Shown here piece by piece: positions 10,578 to 21,227 of a stretch of DNA of 24,491 nt. The DNA lies in NCBI GenBank assembly GCA_964384495.1, contig CAYLKK010000001.1, positions 1-24,491 of the forward strand, given 5' to 3'. Numbering within the stretch: the stretch's first letter is position 1; each line of letters begins with the position of its first letter. Source of the stretch: an uncultured Alphaproteobacteria bacterium (GTDB lineage: Bacteria; Pseudomonadota; Alphaproteobacteria; UBA3830; CAYLKK01). Made by a program: the position numbers and the translations under genes. A model generated the notes under the pieces. It was not told the origin of the DNA. It worked only from the letters and a program-made list of their open reading frames with translations, and did no database searches.

Positions 10578-10990
10578 TATTGATGCTCCCTAACAACAAT
10601 TTTTGTTAGAACAGGCAGCTTAGCAGCAGCCAAGCTCAAAGCCTGACGAGCGACCTGCTCACTAACCCCATCCATCTCAAACATAATAGTACCAGGATAA
10701 ACACGTGCAGCCCAAAATTCAACACTACCTTTTCCGCCACCCATACGAACTTCAGCAGGCTTATTCGTGACTGGTAAATCAGGAAAAATCCTAATCCACA
10801 CCTTACCGACACGACGCATACAACGCGTAATAGTACGACGAGCAGCCTCAATTTGAGCGGCTGTAATTCTCGCTGGCTCCAATGATTTCAAGCCATACGC
10901 CCCGAAACTCAAACGAGTCCCACGAGTAGCATTACCCTTAATACGCCCTTTAAACACCTTACGATGTCTTATTTTACTTGGAGATAACAT
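10577..10990 (-). CDS. rplP: 50S ribosomal protein L16
   Basis: [31 protein letters not shown]. Confidence 0.98.
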   Translation of the reverse strand: MLSPSKIRHRKVFKGRIKGNATRGTRLSFGAYGLKSLEPARITAAQIEAARRTITRCMRRVGKVWIRIFPDLPVTNKPAEVRMGGGKGSVEFWAARVYPGTIMFEMDGVSEQVARQALSLAAAKLPVLTKIVVREHQ

Positions 10991-10995
10991 AATCC

Positions 10996-11685
10996 TTACT
11001 CCTTTCCTACGCTATCACGACGATCATGCCCTTTCCTTGGAACAAAAACAGATTTTGCATTATAAATTTCACCTTTATAAATCCAAACCTTTATTCCGAT
11101 AATACCATAAGTCGTCAAAGCTTCTGAAAAACCATAATCAACATCAGCACGCAAAGTATGCAAAGGCACACGCCCTTCACGATACCACTCCATTCTTGCA
11201 ATTTCAGCGCCGTTTAAACGACCCGAACAATTTACCCGAATACCCTTCGCGCCGAATCTCATAGCATTTTGCATCGCCTTACGAATAGCTCTACGATAAC
11301 CGACATGCTTCTCGATCTGATTAGCAATACCATCAGCAACGATCTTAGCGTCGATCTCTGGCTTTCTAACATCGTTTATATTAAGAGCAATATCAGAACC
11401 AGCTATTTTCGAAATAGCAGCTTTAATCTGATCAATGTCGCTCCCCTTTTTGCCAATAATCACACCAGGCTTCGCGGCATGAATATTTACAACAACCTTA
11501 TTCGCAACCCTCTCAAGAACAACTTTCGAAACGCCAGCCTGAGCTAAACGCTTCTCGACATATTTACGAATCTCGAAATCCTTCTTCAAAAGATCAGCGA
11601 AATCTTTTCCCTTTGCGTACCAATTAGAACGCCAATTACGAACAATCCCCAAACGCAAAGAGGTTGGATTAATCTTCTGTCCCAT
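10996..11685 (-). CDS. rpsC: 30S ribosomal protein S3
   Basis: MGQKINP...[38 protein letters not shown]. Confidence 0.98.
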   Translation of the reverse strand: MGQKINPTSLRLGIVRNWRSNWYAKGKDFADLLKKDFEIRKYVEKRLAQAGVSKVVLERVANKVVVNIHAAKPGVIIGKKGSDIDQIKAAISKIAGSDIALNINDVRKPEIDAKIVADGIANQIEKHVGYRRAIRKAMQNAMRFGAKGIRVNCSGRLNGAEIARMEWYREGRVPLHTLRADVDYGFSEALTTYGIIGIKVWIYKGEIYNAKSVFVPRKGHDRRDSVGKE

Positions 11686-11686
11686 A

Positions 11687-12058
11687 CTATTCTCCTACCT
11701 CACATAAGACGACAGTTAAGCGGCTAAACTCTTTACGAATAGGACTACCGCTACCTTTTGCTCTAGGCATATAGCGCCTCAAAACAACAGACTTTCCGAC
11801 ATAAGCTTCCTTTACAACCAAAGCATCAACGTTAAGACCATTATTATTTACAGCATTGCAAATAGCAGCAACAAGTACCTTCTTAACAGCTTTAGCTGGC
11901 CCCCTTTTACAAAATGTCAAAGCGTCAACAGCCTTATCTACTTTCAAACCACGAATCATCTTGGCCACAGCATTTACCTTTCTTGTAGAAGCAAACACGA
12001 TTCTATCCTTAGCAACTACCAAGTCAGAAATTGGCTTTATACGTAATCTTTTCGACAT
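11687..12058 (-). CDS. rplV: 50S ribosomal protein L22
   Basis: S.RK...VA.MIRG, KKVL.AA..NA.NN.GL, L.V.EAYVGK, PRAKG; between rpsS and rpsC. Confidence 0.94.
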   Translation of the reverse strand: MSKRLRIKPISDLVVAKDRIVFASTRKVNAVAKMIRGLKVDKAVDALTFCKRGPAKAVKKVLVAAICNAVNNNGLNVDALVVKEAYVGKSVVLRRYMPRAKGSGSPIRKEFSRLTVVLCEVGE

Positions 12059-12064
12059 AAAAAA

Positions 12065-12340
12065 TCACCCCTGCTTAGCTCTATTGCCAGAATGGCCATT
12101 AAAAGTTCGCGTAGGAGCAAACTCACCCAACTTATGACCGATCATCTCTTCCGTAACATACACAGGAATGAATTTACGACCATTATGAACAGCAAACGTT
12201 ACCCCAACAAAATCAGGGATAATCGTAGAGCGTCTAGACCAAGTCTTAATCGTATCATGACGACCAGACTCCAAGACTGCCCTCGCCTTTTTTATTAAAT
12301 ACCCATCAACAAATGGGCCTTTCCATACAGAACGTGCCAC
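12065..12340 (-). CDS. rpsS: 30S ribosomal protein S19
   Basis: [37 protein letters not shown] start. Confidence 0.98.
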   Translation of the reverse strand: MARSVWKGPFVDGYLIKKARAVLESGRHDTIKTWSRRSTIIPDFVGVTFAVHNGRKFIPVYVTEEMIGHKLGEFAPTRTFNGHSGNRAKQG

Positions 12341-12349
12341 AACTTACCT

Positions 12350-13177
12350 CTATTTCTTTCTACGACTTATAATCATCTTATCTGAATGCTTAAACGGCTT
12401 ACGAGTCTTATAACCTTTTGTTGGAATACCCCAAGGTGTAACAGGTTGACGTCCACTCTTCGTCTTACCTTCACCGCCCCCATGAGGGTGATCTACTGGG
12501 TTCATCGCAGAACCTCTGTTATGAGGTCTAAACCCTTTCCAACGCCAACGGCCTGCCTTACCATAATTTACGTTTTTCTCATCCGGATTAGAAACTGCCC
12601 CTATTGTAGCACGGCAACGCCCTAAAACAATACGCATTTCTCCAGAAGATAATTTTAAAATTACATTACCAGAATCACGACCAACAATCTGAGCATATGT
12701 ACCAGCAGAACGAGCCAACTGTCCACCCTTGCCAATTTTTATCTCGACATTGTGAACAATTGTACCGACTGGAATGTTGATCAATGGCATGCAGTTACCT
12801 GGCTTTACATCAACTCTATCACCAGAAGTGACAGCATCACCCACAGCCAACCGTTGTGGAGCTAAAATATAAGAATACTCACCATCTTCATAGCGAATCA
12901 AAGCTATAAATGCGGTTCTATTTGGATCATACTCCAAACGTTCAACAACAGCAGGCACATCTTCTCTATCTCTACAAAAATCGACGAAACGATACAATTT
13001 TTTATGTCCACCGCCGCGGAATCTTGATGTTATATGACCTGAATTATTTCTACCACCAGTAGAAGGTTTTCCAGCCACCAATTCTTTCTTAGGCCTACCT
13101 TTCCATAAAGAAGATTTATCGACCAAAACCAACCCTCTCGTACCAGGTGTACAAGGATTATAAGCTTTTAATGCCAT
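12350..13177 (-). CDS. rplB: 50S ribosomal protein L2
   Basis: [42 protein letters not shown]. Confidence 0.98.
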   Translation of the reverse strand: MALKAYNPCTPGTRGLVLVDKSSLWKGRPKKELVAGKPSTGGRNNSGHITSRFRGGGHKKLYRFVDFCRDREDVPAVVERLEYDPNRTAFIALIRYEDGEYSYILAPQRLAVGDAVTSGDRVDVKPGNCMPLINIPVGTIVHNVEIKIGKGGQLARSAGTYAQIVGRDSGNVILKLSSGEMRIVLGRCRATIGAVSNPDEKNVNYGKAGRWRWKGFRPHNRGSAMNPVDHPHGGGEGKTKSGRQPVTPWGIPTKGYKTRKPFKHSDKMIISRRKK

Positions 13178-13464
13178 TAGAAACCTCCTTCATAATTTAT
13201 AGAACCTTCCGCCAATCTAACATAAGCGAATTTACGATCAGCTTGCACACCAACACGTCCTCGGAAACTTTTCTTTTTACCTTTACGAATAGCTGTATTC
13301 ACAGACAGCACCTTTACACCAAAGATTTCCTCTACAGAACGTTTTATATCAAATTTATTCGACTTCAAATCAACCTGAAAAGTGTACGTGCCATCAGCAC
13401 GCCCCATAGACTTTTCAGTCATGACAGGACGAATCAAAACATCATAAATTGAAATTGACTTCAT
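13177..13464 (-). CDS. rplW: 50S ribosomal protein L23
   Basis: P..TEKS, YTF.V, K..IK..VE.IFGVKV..VNT, RK.AYVRL. Confidence 0.96.
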   Translation of the reverse strand: MKSISIYDVLIRPVMTEKSMGRADGTYTFQVDLKSNKFDIKRSVEEIFGVKVLSVNTAIRKGKKKSFRGRVGVQADRKFAYVRLAEGSINYEGGF

Positions 13465-14102
13465 TATACCCCCGCGATCAATCTATCTTGAACGGACTTT
13501 ATAGCATCGACAGAAAAAACCACTTTTTCATGACGCACACCATCGTACACATTAAAACCGCAATCCATAATTAAATCAACATTGTGTAAATTAGAACATG
13601 CCAACATAAAATTAGAATGAGCTTCTCTATTAGCAACGGTATCTACAAACAAACAAGAATTTAAACATAATGTATCCAAACATTTTTTCAAACTTGCAGT
13701 TTTAGGAGACTCAACAGCTAAAGTGTCAACAACAACTAAATTAGATTCCTGAGCCTTCAATGCCAACAACGAACACATAGCAACCTTTCTGTACTTTTTA
13801 TTTAGACTAAAAGCATGAGACCTTGGAGTCGGCCCAAAAATTACGCCACCGCCCCTAAATATATTTGCCGTCTTAGCACCGTGACGAGCATTACCAGTAC
13901 CTTTCTGCCTGTACAATTTCTTACTTGTACGAGCAACATCGCTACGCCCTTTACATGCATGAGTACCAGCTTGACGCTTCGCCAACTGCCAGCGAATAAC
14001 ATCAGATATATGATCTTTGCGAGGAGAAATTCCAAATATGGAATCGCTTAACTCTATATCTCCAACAACATTACCATGGAGATTTATAACTTGCATCTTC
14101 AT
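13464..14102 (-). CDS. rplD: 50S ribosomal protein L4
   Basis: WQLAKR.AGTH, K.YRQKGTGNARHG, FRGGG..FGP.PR. Confidence 0.97.
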   Translation of the reverse strand: MKMQVINLHGNVVGDIELSDSIFGISPRKDHISDVIRWQLAKRQAGTHACKGRSDVARTSKKLYRQKGTGNARHGAKTANIFRGGGVIFGPTPRSHAFSLNKKYRKVAMCSLLALKAQESNLVVVDTLAVESPKTASLKKCLDTLCLNSCLFVDTVANREAHSNFMLACSNLHNVDLIMDCGFNVYDGVRHEKVVFSVDAIKSVQDRLIAGV

Positions 14103-14103
14103 A

Positions 14104-14736
14104 TTATTTTTTCCTCTTTACAGCATCACGCACAACGACATACTCGCCATCACAACCAGGGACGCTCCCCTCAATTACAAGCAAATCACCATCAACAGCG
14201 TAAACTTTCAAATTCTGAACAGTAACCTGAGAATGCCCCATATGCCCAGCCATTCTTTTATTCTTAAAGACACGACCTGGGTCTTCTCTGTTACCAGTAG
14301 AACCATGACTTCTATGTGTAATAGAAACACCGTGAGATGCCCTCAAACCACCAAAATGATGTCTTTTCATAGCACCAGCGAACCCTTTACCAATTGTTAC
14401 ACCAGTTACATCAACGACATCACCAGCAGAAAATAAATCTGCAAAATATGTATTTTTAGGCGCTGGCTTTTCAGAACCGTCAAACCTAAATTCACGAACG
14501 ATTCTATAACATTCCACACCTAAAGCCTTGAAGTAACCTTGCATAGGCTTGTTCAATTTGTTCTCAGCGACTGGAACAGATCCAACAACTACAGCATCAT
14601 AACCATCTTTCTCTAATGTTTTATGAGAAAGAATTTCATGCTTTTCAACCTTTAACAAAGTCACCGCATGCTCACGACCGTCTTCAGAGAAAACGCGTGT
14701 CATACCAAGCTTTCTTCCTATAATTCCTGAACGCAT
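14104..14736 (-). CDS. rplC: 50S ribosomal protein L3
   Basis: GRKLGMTRVF, GKGFAGAMKRH.FGG, HRSHGSTG, MAGHMG. Start ATG 14736 preferred over TTG 14751. Confidence 0.97.
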   Translation of the reverse strand: MRSGIIGRKLGMTRVFSEDGREHAVTLLKVEKHEILSHKTLEKDGYDAVVVGSVPVAENKLNKPMQGYFKALGVECYRIVREFRFDGSEKPAPKNTYFADLFSAGDVVDVTGVTIGKGFAGAMKRHHFGGLRASHGVSITHRSHGSTGNREDPGRVFKNKRMAGHMGHSQVTVQNLKVYAVDGDLLVIEGSVPGCDGEYVVVRDAVKRKK

Positions 14737-14743
14737 AAATATT

Positions 14744-15058
14744 TTATCCAACTAATTTAATTTCAACATCCACACCGGCAGACAACTCCAACTTCATTAA
14801 AGCATCAACCGTCTGAGGAGGGCAATCCAATATATCAATCAAACGCTTATGGGTCTGAAGTTCAAATTGCTCACGAGACTTTTTATCAATGTGAGGCGAC
14901 CTTAAAACAGTAAACCTTTCCATCTTCGTAGGAAGAGGAACAGGCCCGCGAACGCGGGCACCTGTACGTTTAGCTGTCGCAACAATCTCTCCAGTAGAGT
15001 AATCTAGTATCCTATGGTCATAAGCCTTCAAACATATTCGAATACTTTGAGTGTTCAT
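14744..15058 (-). CDS. rpsJ: 30S ribosomal protein S10
   Basis: [38 protein letters not shown]. Confidence 0.98.
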   Translation of the reverse strand: MNTQSIRICLKAYDHRILDYSTGEIVATAKRTGARVRGPVPLPTKMERFTVLRSPHIDKKSREQFELQTHKRLIDILDCPPQTVDALMKLELSAGVDVEIKLVG

Positions 15059-15076
15059 TGCTTACAGCCCCCTCAA

Positions 15077-16267
15077 TTAAGCGATGATAGATGTAACAAC
15101 ACCGGCACCAACTGTTCTACCACCTTCACGGATAGCAAAACGCAAACCTTCATTCATAGCAACTGGAGCAATCAACTCAACTTCGAATGAAATGTTATCG
15201 CCAGGCATTACCATCTCAACGCCCTCTGGCAAAGCAACATTACCAGTAACGTCTGTTGTTCTGAAATAGAACTGAGGACGATAACCATTAAAGAATGGGG
15301 TATGACGACCGCCTTCTTCCTTTGTCAAAATATAAGCTTCGCACTTGAATTTTGTATGAGGTTTAATAGAACCACAAGCAGCCAAAACTTGACCACGCTC
15401 GACCTCCTCACGCTTTGTACCACGCAACAAGCAGCCAACGTTATCACCAGCTTCACCTTCATCAAGCAACTTACGGAACATTTCAACACCTGTAACAACA
15501 GTCTTTTGTGTATCTTTTAATCCGACGATCTCAACTTCATCACCTGGATGAATAACACCTTGCTCGACACGCCCCGTAACAACCGTACCACGACCAGAAA
15601 TCGAGAAAACATCCTCAATTGGCATAATAAATGGCTTATCCTTTGGTCTTTGTGGCTGAGGAATATAAGAATCGATAGCCTCCATCAATTTACCAATTGC
15701 ATCTTCACCGATTTCTTTATTTTTACCCTCAAGAGCACACAATGCGCTACCACGGATAACAGGAATATCATCACCTGGGAACTCATACTTAGACAACAAG
15801 TCACGAACTTCCATTTCAACCAAATCCAGCATTTCTGGATCGTCAACCATATCAACCTTGTTAATGAAAACAACGAGAGCAGGAACACCGACCTGACGAG
15901 CCAAAAGAATATGCTCACGAGTTTGAGGCATAACGCTATCAGTTCCAGATACGACCAAAATCGCACCGTCCATTTGGGCGGCACCAGTAATCATATTTTT
16001 AACATAGTCAGCGTGACCTGGACAGTCAACGTGCGCATAGTGACGGTTTGGTGTCTCATATTCTACGTGAGCAGTAGAAATCGTAATACCACGAGCTCTC
16101 TCCTCAGGAGCTTTATCAATTTGATCATAAGCCGTAAAAGAAGCAGCACCCTTTTCAGCTAAAACTTTCGTTATAGCAGCTGTAAGAGTTGTTTTGCCAT
16201 GGTCAACGTGACCAATAGTACCAATATTGCAGTGAGGTTTATTCCTCTCAAATTTTACTTTACTCAT
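15077..16267 (-). CDS. tuf: Elongation factor Tu
   Basis: [48 protein letters not shown]. Confidence 0.99.
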   Translation of the reverse strand: MSKVKFERNKPHCNIGTIGHVDHGKTTLTAAITKVLAEKGAASFTAYDQIDKAPEERARGITISTAHVEYETPNRHYAHVDCPGHADYVKNMITGAAQMDGAILVVSGTDSVMPQTREHILLARQVGVPALVVFINKVDMVDDPEMLDLVEMEVRDLLSKYEFPGDDIPVIRGSALCALEGKNKEIGEDAIGKLMEAIDSYIPQPQRPKDKPFIMPIEDVFSISGRGTVVTGRVEQGVIHPGDEVEIVGLKDTQKTVVTGVEMFRKLLDEGEAGDNVGCLLRGTKREEVERGQVLAACGSIKPHTKFKCEAYILTKEEGGRHTPFFNGYRPQFYFRTTDVTGNVALPEGVEMVMPGDNISFEVELIAPVAMNEGLRFAIREGGRTVGAGVVTSIIA

Positions 16268-16286
16268 ATTTTATATCTCCAAAAAA

Positions 16287-18380
16287 TCATTCACCTTTTA
16301 CAGTCCCTTTGTACTCAGCTATTACCTTATCCGCTACAAACTGAGGAACAGACTCATAACGATCAAACTGCATCGTATACTGAGCGCGCCCCTGGCTCAT
16401 AGACCTCAAAGTATTCACATAGCCAAACATCTCCGCCAAAGGAACTTCAGCCTGAACAACACGAGCATTACCGCGTTGATCCATACCAAGAACCTGTCCT
16501 CTACGACTATTAAGATCGCCTATAATATCACCCATATATTCTTCAGGTGTAACAACCTCGACACTCATCAAAGGCTCAAGTATCTTTGCGCCACACTTAG
16601 ACATTGCCTCTCTAAAGGCAGCCCTTGCAGCAATTTCGAAAGCCAAAACGCTAGAGTCAACGTCGTGGTAAGCACCATCAACTAAAGTACACTTCACGCC
16701 AACGATAGGAAAACCGATCAAACAACCTGAATCGGCTATATTTTTCAACCCCTTCTCAACGCCTGGTATGTATTCTTTAGGAACAGCACCACCAACAATT
16801 TTGCTCTCGAAACATAAACCTTCGGCAAAATCACCTGGCGAGAATTCTATCACAACACGAGCGAACTGTCCAGCGCCACCAGACTGTTTCTTATGCACGT
16901 AATCGATAGATGCAGATTGAGAAATTGTCTCTCTGTAAGCAACCTGAGGAGCACCGACATTACAGTCAACTTTGAACTCTCTGCGCATACGATCAACAAT
17001 AATTTCAAGATGCAACTCACCCATTCCCTTGATAATCGTCTGCCCAGTCTCTACATTACTGCTAACCTTGAAAGATGGATCTTCTGCGGCCAAGCGAGAC
17101 AAAGCAATACCCATTTTTTCCTGATCAGCCTTAGATTTTGGCTCAACAGCGACCTCAATAACAGGATCTGGGAATTCCATTTTTTCAAGAATGATCTGCT
17201 TAACAGGATCACACAAAGTATCACCGGTCGTTGTATCCTTCAACCCACAAACAGCGACGATATCACCGGCATAAGCCTCTTTAATATCCTCTCTGTTGTT
17301 TGCATGCATTAAAAGCATACGCCCGATACGTTCACGGCAACCTTTTACAGAGTTATAGACATAACTACCAGCCTCAAGTTTTCCTGAATATACACGAACA
17401 AAAGTTAAAGAACCAACAAATGGATCAGTCATAACCTTAAACGCCAAAGCTGCCAAAGGCTCAGAATCGTCTGGTTTACGCGAAACTTCACCATCACCAG
17501 AAACCTCGCTACCAGTGACTTGACCAATATCAAGAGGAGACGGCAAATAACGAACAACAGCGTCCAAAAGCGTTTGCACACCTTTGTTTTTGAACGCGCT
17601 ACCGCAGAAAATTGGGACAAAAGAACTTGAAATCGTTCCTTTTCTTATGCAAGCAATAAGTTGCTCAACAGTCGGCTCATTACCTTCTAAATAAGCCTCC
17701 ATCAAAGCATCATCCACCTCAACAGCGGTCTCAATCAACTCAGCGTGATATTTTTCAGCATCAGCAAGCATATCAGCAGGAATATCGCAAACATCATACT
17801 TTGCACCCATTGTCTCATTATTCCAAATATACGCCTTCATAGCCAAAACATCAACTACACCTACGAAATCCGCCTCTGTTCCTATTGGCAACTGCATAAC
17901 CAAAGGCCTAGCGCCCAAACGATCCTTGACCATACCTACACAGCGATAAAAATTCGCGCCAATACGATCCATTTTGTTAACAAAACAAATTCTTGGCACC
18001 TTATATTTATCAGCCTGACGCCAAACAGTTTCAGATTGAGGCTCAACACCAGCAACACCGTCAAAAACAGTCACAGCGCCATCAAGAACACGCAAAGAAC
18101 GCTCAACTTCGACAGTAAAATCAACGTGACCAGGCGTATCTATGATATTAATCCTATGGTTATCCCAGTAGCATGTTGTAGCAGCGGACGTAATTGTAAT
18201 ACCACGCTCTTGCTCCTGCTCCATCCAATCCATCGTAGCCGCGCCTTCGTGCACCTCACCAAGTTTATGAGATTTACCAGTATAAAAAAGAATACGCTCA
18301 GTTGTCGTTGTTTTACCAGCATCAATATGAGCCATAATTCCAATATTACGATAATCCTCAATTTTTGTATTTCTAGCCAT
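16287..18380 (-). CDS. fusA: Elongation factor G
   Basis: [48 protein letters not shown]. Confidence 0.99.
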   Translation of the reverse strand: MARNTKIEDYRNIGIMAHIDAGKTTTTERILFYTGKSHKLGEVHEGAATMDWMEQEQERGITITSAATTCYWDNHRINIIDTPGHVDFTVEVERSLRVLDGAVTVFDGVAGVEPQSETVWRQADKYKVPRICFVNKMDRIGANFYRCVGMVKDRLGARPLVMQLPIGTEADFVGVVDVLAMKAYIWNNETMGAKYDVCDIPADMLADAEKYHAELIETAVEVDDALMEAYLEGNEPTVEQLIACIRKGTISSSFVPIFCGSAFKNKGVQTLLDAVVRYLPSPLDIGQVTGSEVSGDGEVSRKPDDSEPLAALAFKVMTDPFVGSLTFVRVYSGKLEAGSYVYNSVKGCRERIGRMLLMHANNREDIKEAYAGDIVAVCGLKDTTTGDTLCDPVKQIILEKMEFPDPVIEVAVEPKSKADQEKMGIALSRLAAEDPSFKVSSNVETGQTIIKGMGELHLEIIVDRMRREFKVDCNVGAPQVAYRETISQSASIDYVHKKQSGGAGQFARVVIEFSPGDFAEGLCFESKIVGGAVPKEYIPGVEKGLKNIADSGCLIGFPIVGVKCTLVDGAYHDVDSSVLAFEIAARAAFREAMSKCGAKILEPLMSVEVVTPEEYMGDIIGDLNSRRGQVLGMDQRGNARVVQAEVPLAEMFGYVNTLRSMSQGRAQYTMQFDRYESVPQFVADKVIAEYKGTVKGE

Positions 18381-18390
18381 AATTACCTAC

Positions 18391-19243
<853 letters not shown>

Positions 19244-19265
19244 ATAGCTCCTTAAAATTAATAAC

Positions 19266-19305
19266 AAAAAACATACGGAATATATTATCGATATAATTCC
19301 GACAT
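19266..19305 (-). promoter_or_regulatory. Hairpin plus U-tract in the rpsL 5' leader (possible attenuator)
   Basis: Minus strand CGGAATTATAT-CGATA-ATATATTCCG (19301-19276; 10 bp with a 1-nt bulge), followed by TATGTTTTTT. Confidence 0.4.
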
Positions 19306-19318
19306 TTTAAAACACAGA

Positions 19319-19347
19319 ATCCTACTATTTTCCACAGAAAAAGTCAA
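19319..19347 (-). promoter_or_regulatory. sigma70-type promoter of the str-S10-spc-alpha cluster
   Basis: TTGACT (19347-19342), 17 nt, TAGGAT (19324-19319); about 75 nt upstream of the rpsL ATG. Confidence 0.75.
19328..19336 (+). promoter_or_regulatory. DnaA-box match TTTTCCACA inside the rpsL promoter spacer
   Basis: Exact match to the consensus TTWTNCACA; function not shown. Confidence 0.35.
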
Positions 19348-19375
19348 ATCGACCGGGATACGGAAAAATCGCGGC

Positions 19376-19432
19376 ATAGTTATTCTCCTATGGAAACGCC
19401 ATACTAACACCCCTTCATAGAGAAATAACTAT
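19376..19432 (-). other. 57-nt imperfect hairpin, G-U-rich on the minus strand
   Basis: ATAGTTATTTCTCTATGAAGGGGTGTTA-GTA-TGGCGTTTCCATAGGAGAATAACTAT: 17 Watson-Crick and 8 G-U pairs, one mismatch, one 2-nt bulge. Confidence 0.5.
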
Positions 19433-19469
19433 ATGATTGCGCTCAATACTTTAAAAACATATATCTACA

Positions 19470-19507
19470 ATATATAAGCGCATATCATCTAGTGTGCGCT
19501 TATATAT
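19470..19507. terminator. Inverted repeat just downstream of the USP gene, probable terminator or 3'-end stem
   Basis: Perfect 13-bp arms ATATATAAGCGCA (19470-19482) and TGCGCTTATATAT (19495-19507), about 22 nt past the stop codon. There is no strong adjacent U-run. Confidence 0.55.
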
Positions 19508-19529
19508 CTGGATTGTTTATATTTGTTAA

Positions 19530-21062
19530 TTAGAGCGTAGCTTCGTCTAAGCGCTCATAGAAGAAAACATATCCATTTTTAGCGTCGTCTGAAATATCAT
19601 TGCCTAATTGTGTTGCTGCTTGGTCGTCCTTTTTCCACCAAGTGTTTCCTGCTCTCTGGCATGCGTAGTAATGTCCACCGCTTAATGAACCTGAATGCAC
19701 ACTAACTGAATTTAAAATGTATTTGTACGATTTTCTGTTTATATAGTCGTATACGTGCAAAATTTGGTTAGGTGTAATCTCTTTGGCGTGTTTTGTTAGC
19801 TTCCCATACGAATCCTGAGTGAACCTGTTTAACGAAATAGGCAGAATTTTTGACGGATTAGTGATATAAGTAGTTTTTGTTGCGCCTACTAATACGTTAC
19901 ATTTTTGGCATTGATAGGAGTCTATTTCGTCTTTTTCTTCCAACTTATTCGCAAATAATTTTTGAACATTACTATCTTTTGGAATTTCTACGAGTATTAT
20001 GCTGTTGTTTGGTTCTTTTTTTTTTGATCTACATTTTTTGTTACAATGAACTGTCATTGCAGAATACGCTCCCGAATAAATCAAATTTTCGAATTTGTTT
20101 TTTAATTTTTCGTCATTCTGTACGGCATCATGAATTTTATCGATCATATTTCCTAAAAATTCTGATGAATCTTCTTGGCTTGTTTCTTTGCCCAAATTAG
20201 TGTTTTCTGGAGACTTCTTAATATGTTTAAGCACATTATAAGCTAAGCCGCTTCCGGTCTTCCCTCTACTCCCTGTTTGTACAGCATCACTTCCTCTACT
20301 CATAGCATCCAAAAAATTACGTATAGCGACAACGAATGCGTCTTCAGAATATTTCAAATCTGTTGTTATGAAATCTCTAAGTGGTTTACACGCATAAACA
20401 GCTTGCATCGATGCGTTGAAAAAACATGAATTTCCTGCATTAGTTAATGCTTTAGAATTTTTTACTCCGTTTTTCTCTTCCCTCAAAACATGATCTAGTG
20501 CATGAATTTCCCATGAATTAAATGCGTTCCAAAGATTCTGCTTTATAGTGCTTTTATAGATGTTGAGTTTATCTAATTCGAGTGTAGAAATAGTTTGATC
20601 TACTGTAGCATCAATGTCTGTTCTAGAGAATGTTTTGTTGTGTGTTCTCGCATTCATCGCACAAGCGAACCCGAAAAATGTATTTAACTTTTTGGCATCG
20701 TTCTCGTCATTAATATTCCAGGTTTTAATTTTATCTACTCTGATTATATTTGCTAACGCGTTGATATCTTTTGCTCTCATTAAATCAATGTATGTATTGT
20801 CTAGTCCATTGATGCCAAGTGATTGCAATGTGGCATTTTGTGAAAGACCTAATCTTGTTAAAGCTATTAAACGAGCAATAGGAGCACTTTTATCTTTTTC
20901 CTTGTTAAATTTACTTTTTAATTCACCTTTTTCAATGCATGATATTCTTTGCTTAATAGCATTATCATGCCACATAAATGAATTTTTTGCTTTTGTTACA
21001 TCTAAGGCAAATGCACAATTTAATAACGAACAACTCAGGAATGTAAATGCTAATTTATTCAT
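19530..21062 (-). CDS. Secreted ubiquitin-specific protease (USP / peptidase C19) domain protein, putative host-directed deubiquitinase
   Basis: Signal peptide MNKLAFTFLSCSLLNCAFA; Cys box LTNAGNSCFFNASMQ (C213); QEDSSEFL; fingers-type cysteines HCNKKC and YQCQKC; P.ILPISLNRF; His box YILNSVSVHSGSLSGGHYYA (H464); WWKKDD (D479/D480); GYVFFYER. Confidence 0.9.
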   Translation of the reverse strand: MNKLAFTFLSCSLLNCAFALDVTKAKNSFMWHDNAIKQRISCIEKGELKSKFNKEKDKSAPIARLIALTRLGLSQNATLQSLGINGLDNTYIDLMRAKDINALANIIRVDKIKTWNINDENDAKKLNTFFGFACAMNARTHNKTFSRTDIDATVDQTISTLELDKLNIYKSTIKQNLWNAFNSWEIHALDHVLREEKNGVKNSKALTNAGNSCFFNASMQAVYACKPLRDFITTDLKYSEDAFVVAIRNFLDAMSRGSDAVQTGSRGKTGSGLAYNVLKHIKKSPENTNLGKETSQEDSSEFLGNMIDKIHDAVQNDEKLKNKFENLIYSGAYSAMTVHCNKKCRSKKKEPNNSIILVEIPKDSNVQKLFANKLEEKDEIDSYQCQKCNVLVGATKTTYITNPSKILPISLNRFTQDSYGKLTKHAKEITPNQILHVYDYINRKSYKYILNSVSVHSGSLSGGHYYACQRAGNTWWKKDDQAATQLGNDISDDAKNGYVFFYERLDEATL

Positions 21063-21089
21063 ATAAATAACCTTTTTGTCTATATAACA

Positions 21090-21119
21090 ATTATATAAGA
21101 ATCAAAATATAAAAGGCAA
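21090..21119 (-). promoter_or_regulatory. Putative sigma70 promoter of the USP gene
   Basis: TTGCCT (21119-21114), 18 nt, TATAAT (21095-21090). SD AAGGT is about 7 nt before the ATG at 21062. Confidence 0.55.
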
Positions 21120-21217
21120 ATTTTTGTCATTGTAATAAAATAGCTAAATTGATCATCGCTGATTTTGCATATGAAATCCACAAATATAAACGCTTTATTA
21201 TTAATTTTTAGGTACAA

Positions 21218-21227
21218 TGTGTATAAT
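21218..21227 (+). promoter_or_regulatory. -10 element TATAAT of the MarR gene, overlapping a DnaA-box match
   Basis: TATAAT at 21222-21227. TGTGTATAA (21218-21226) is the reverse complement of TTATACACA, matching TTWTNCACA. No convincing -35. Confidence 0.35.

Noticed and set aside
4395..14436. Other antisense or alternate-frame ORFs over adk, secY and r-protein genes (e.g. 4395-4862, 6895-7419, 14017-14436)
   Set aside because: They fully overlap confidently identified genes and have no family motifs.
19467..21099. Similar AT-rich words flanking the USP gene (ACAATATATAAG and ACAATTATATAAG) as possible insertion scars
   Set aside because: They are imperfect, low-complexity and expected by chance in AT-rich spacers; no mobility gene is nearby.
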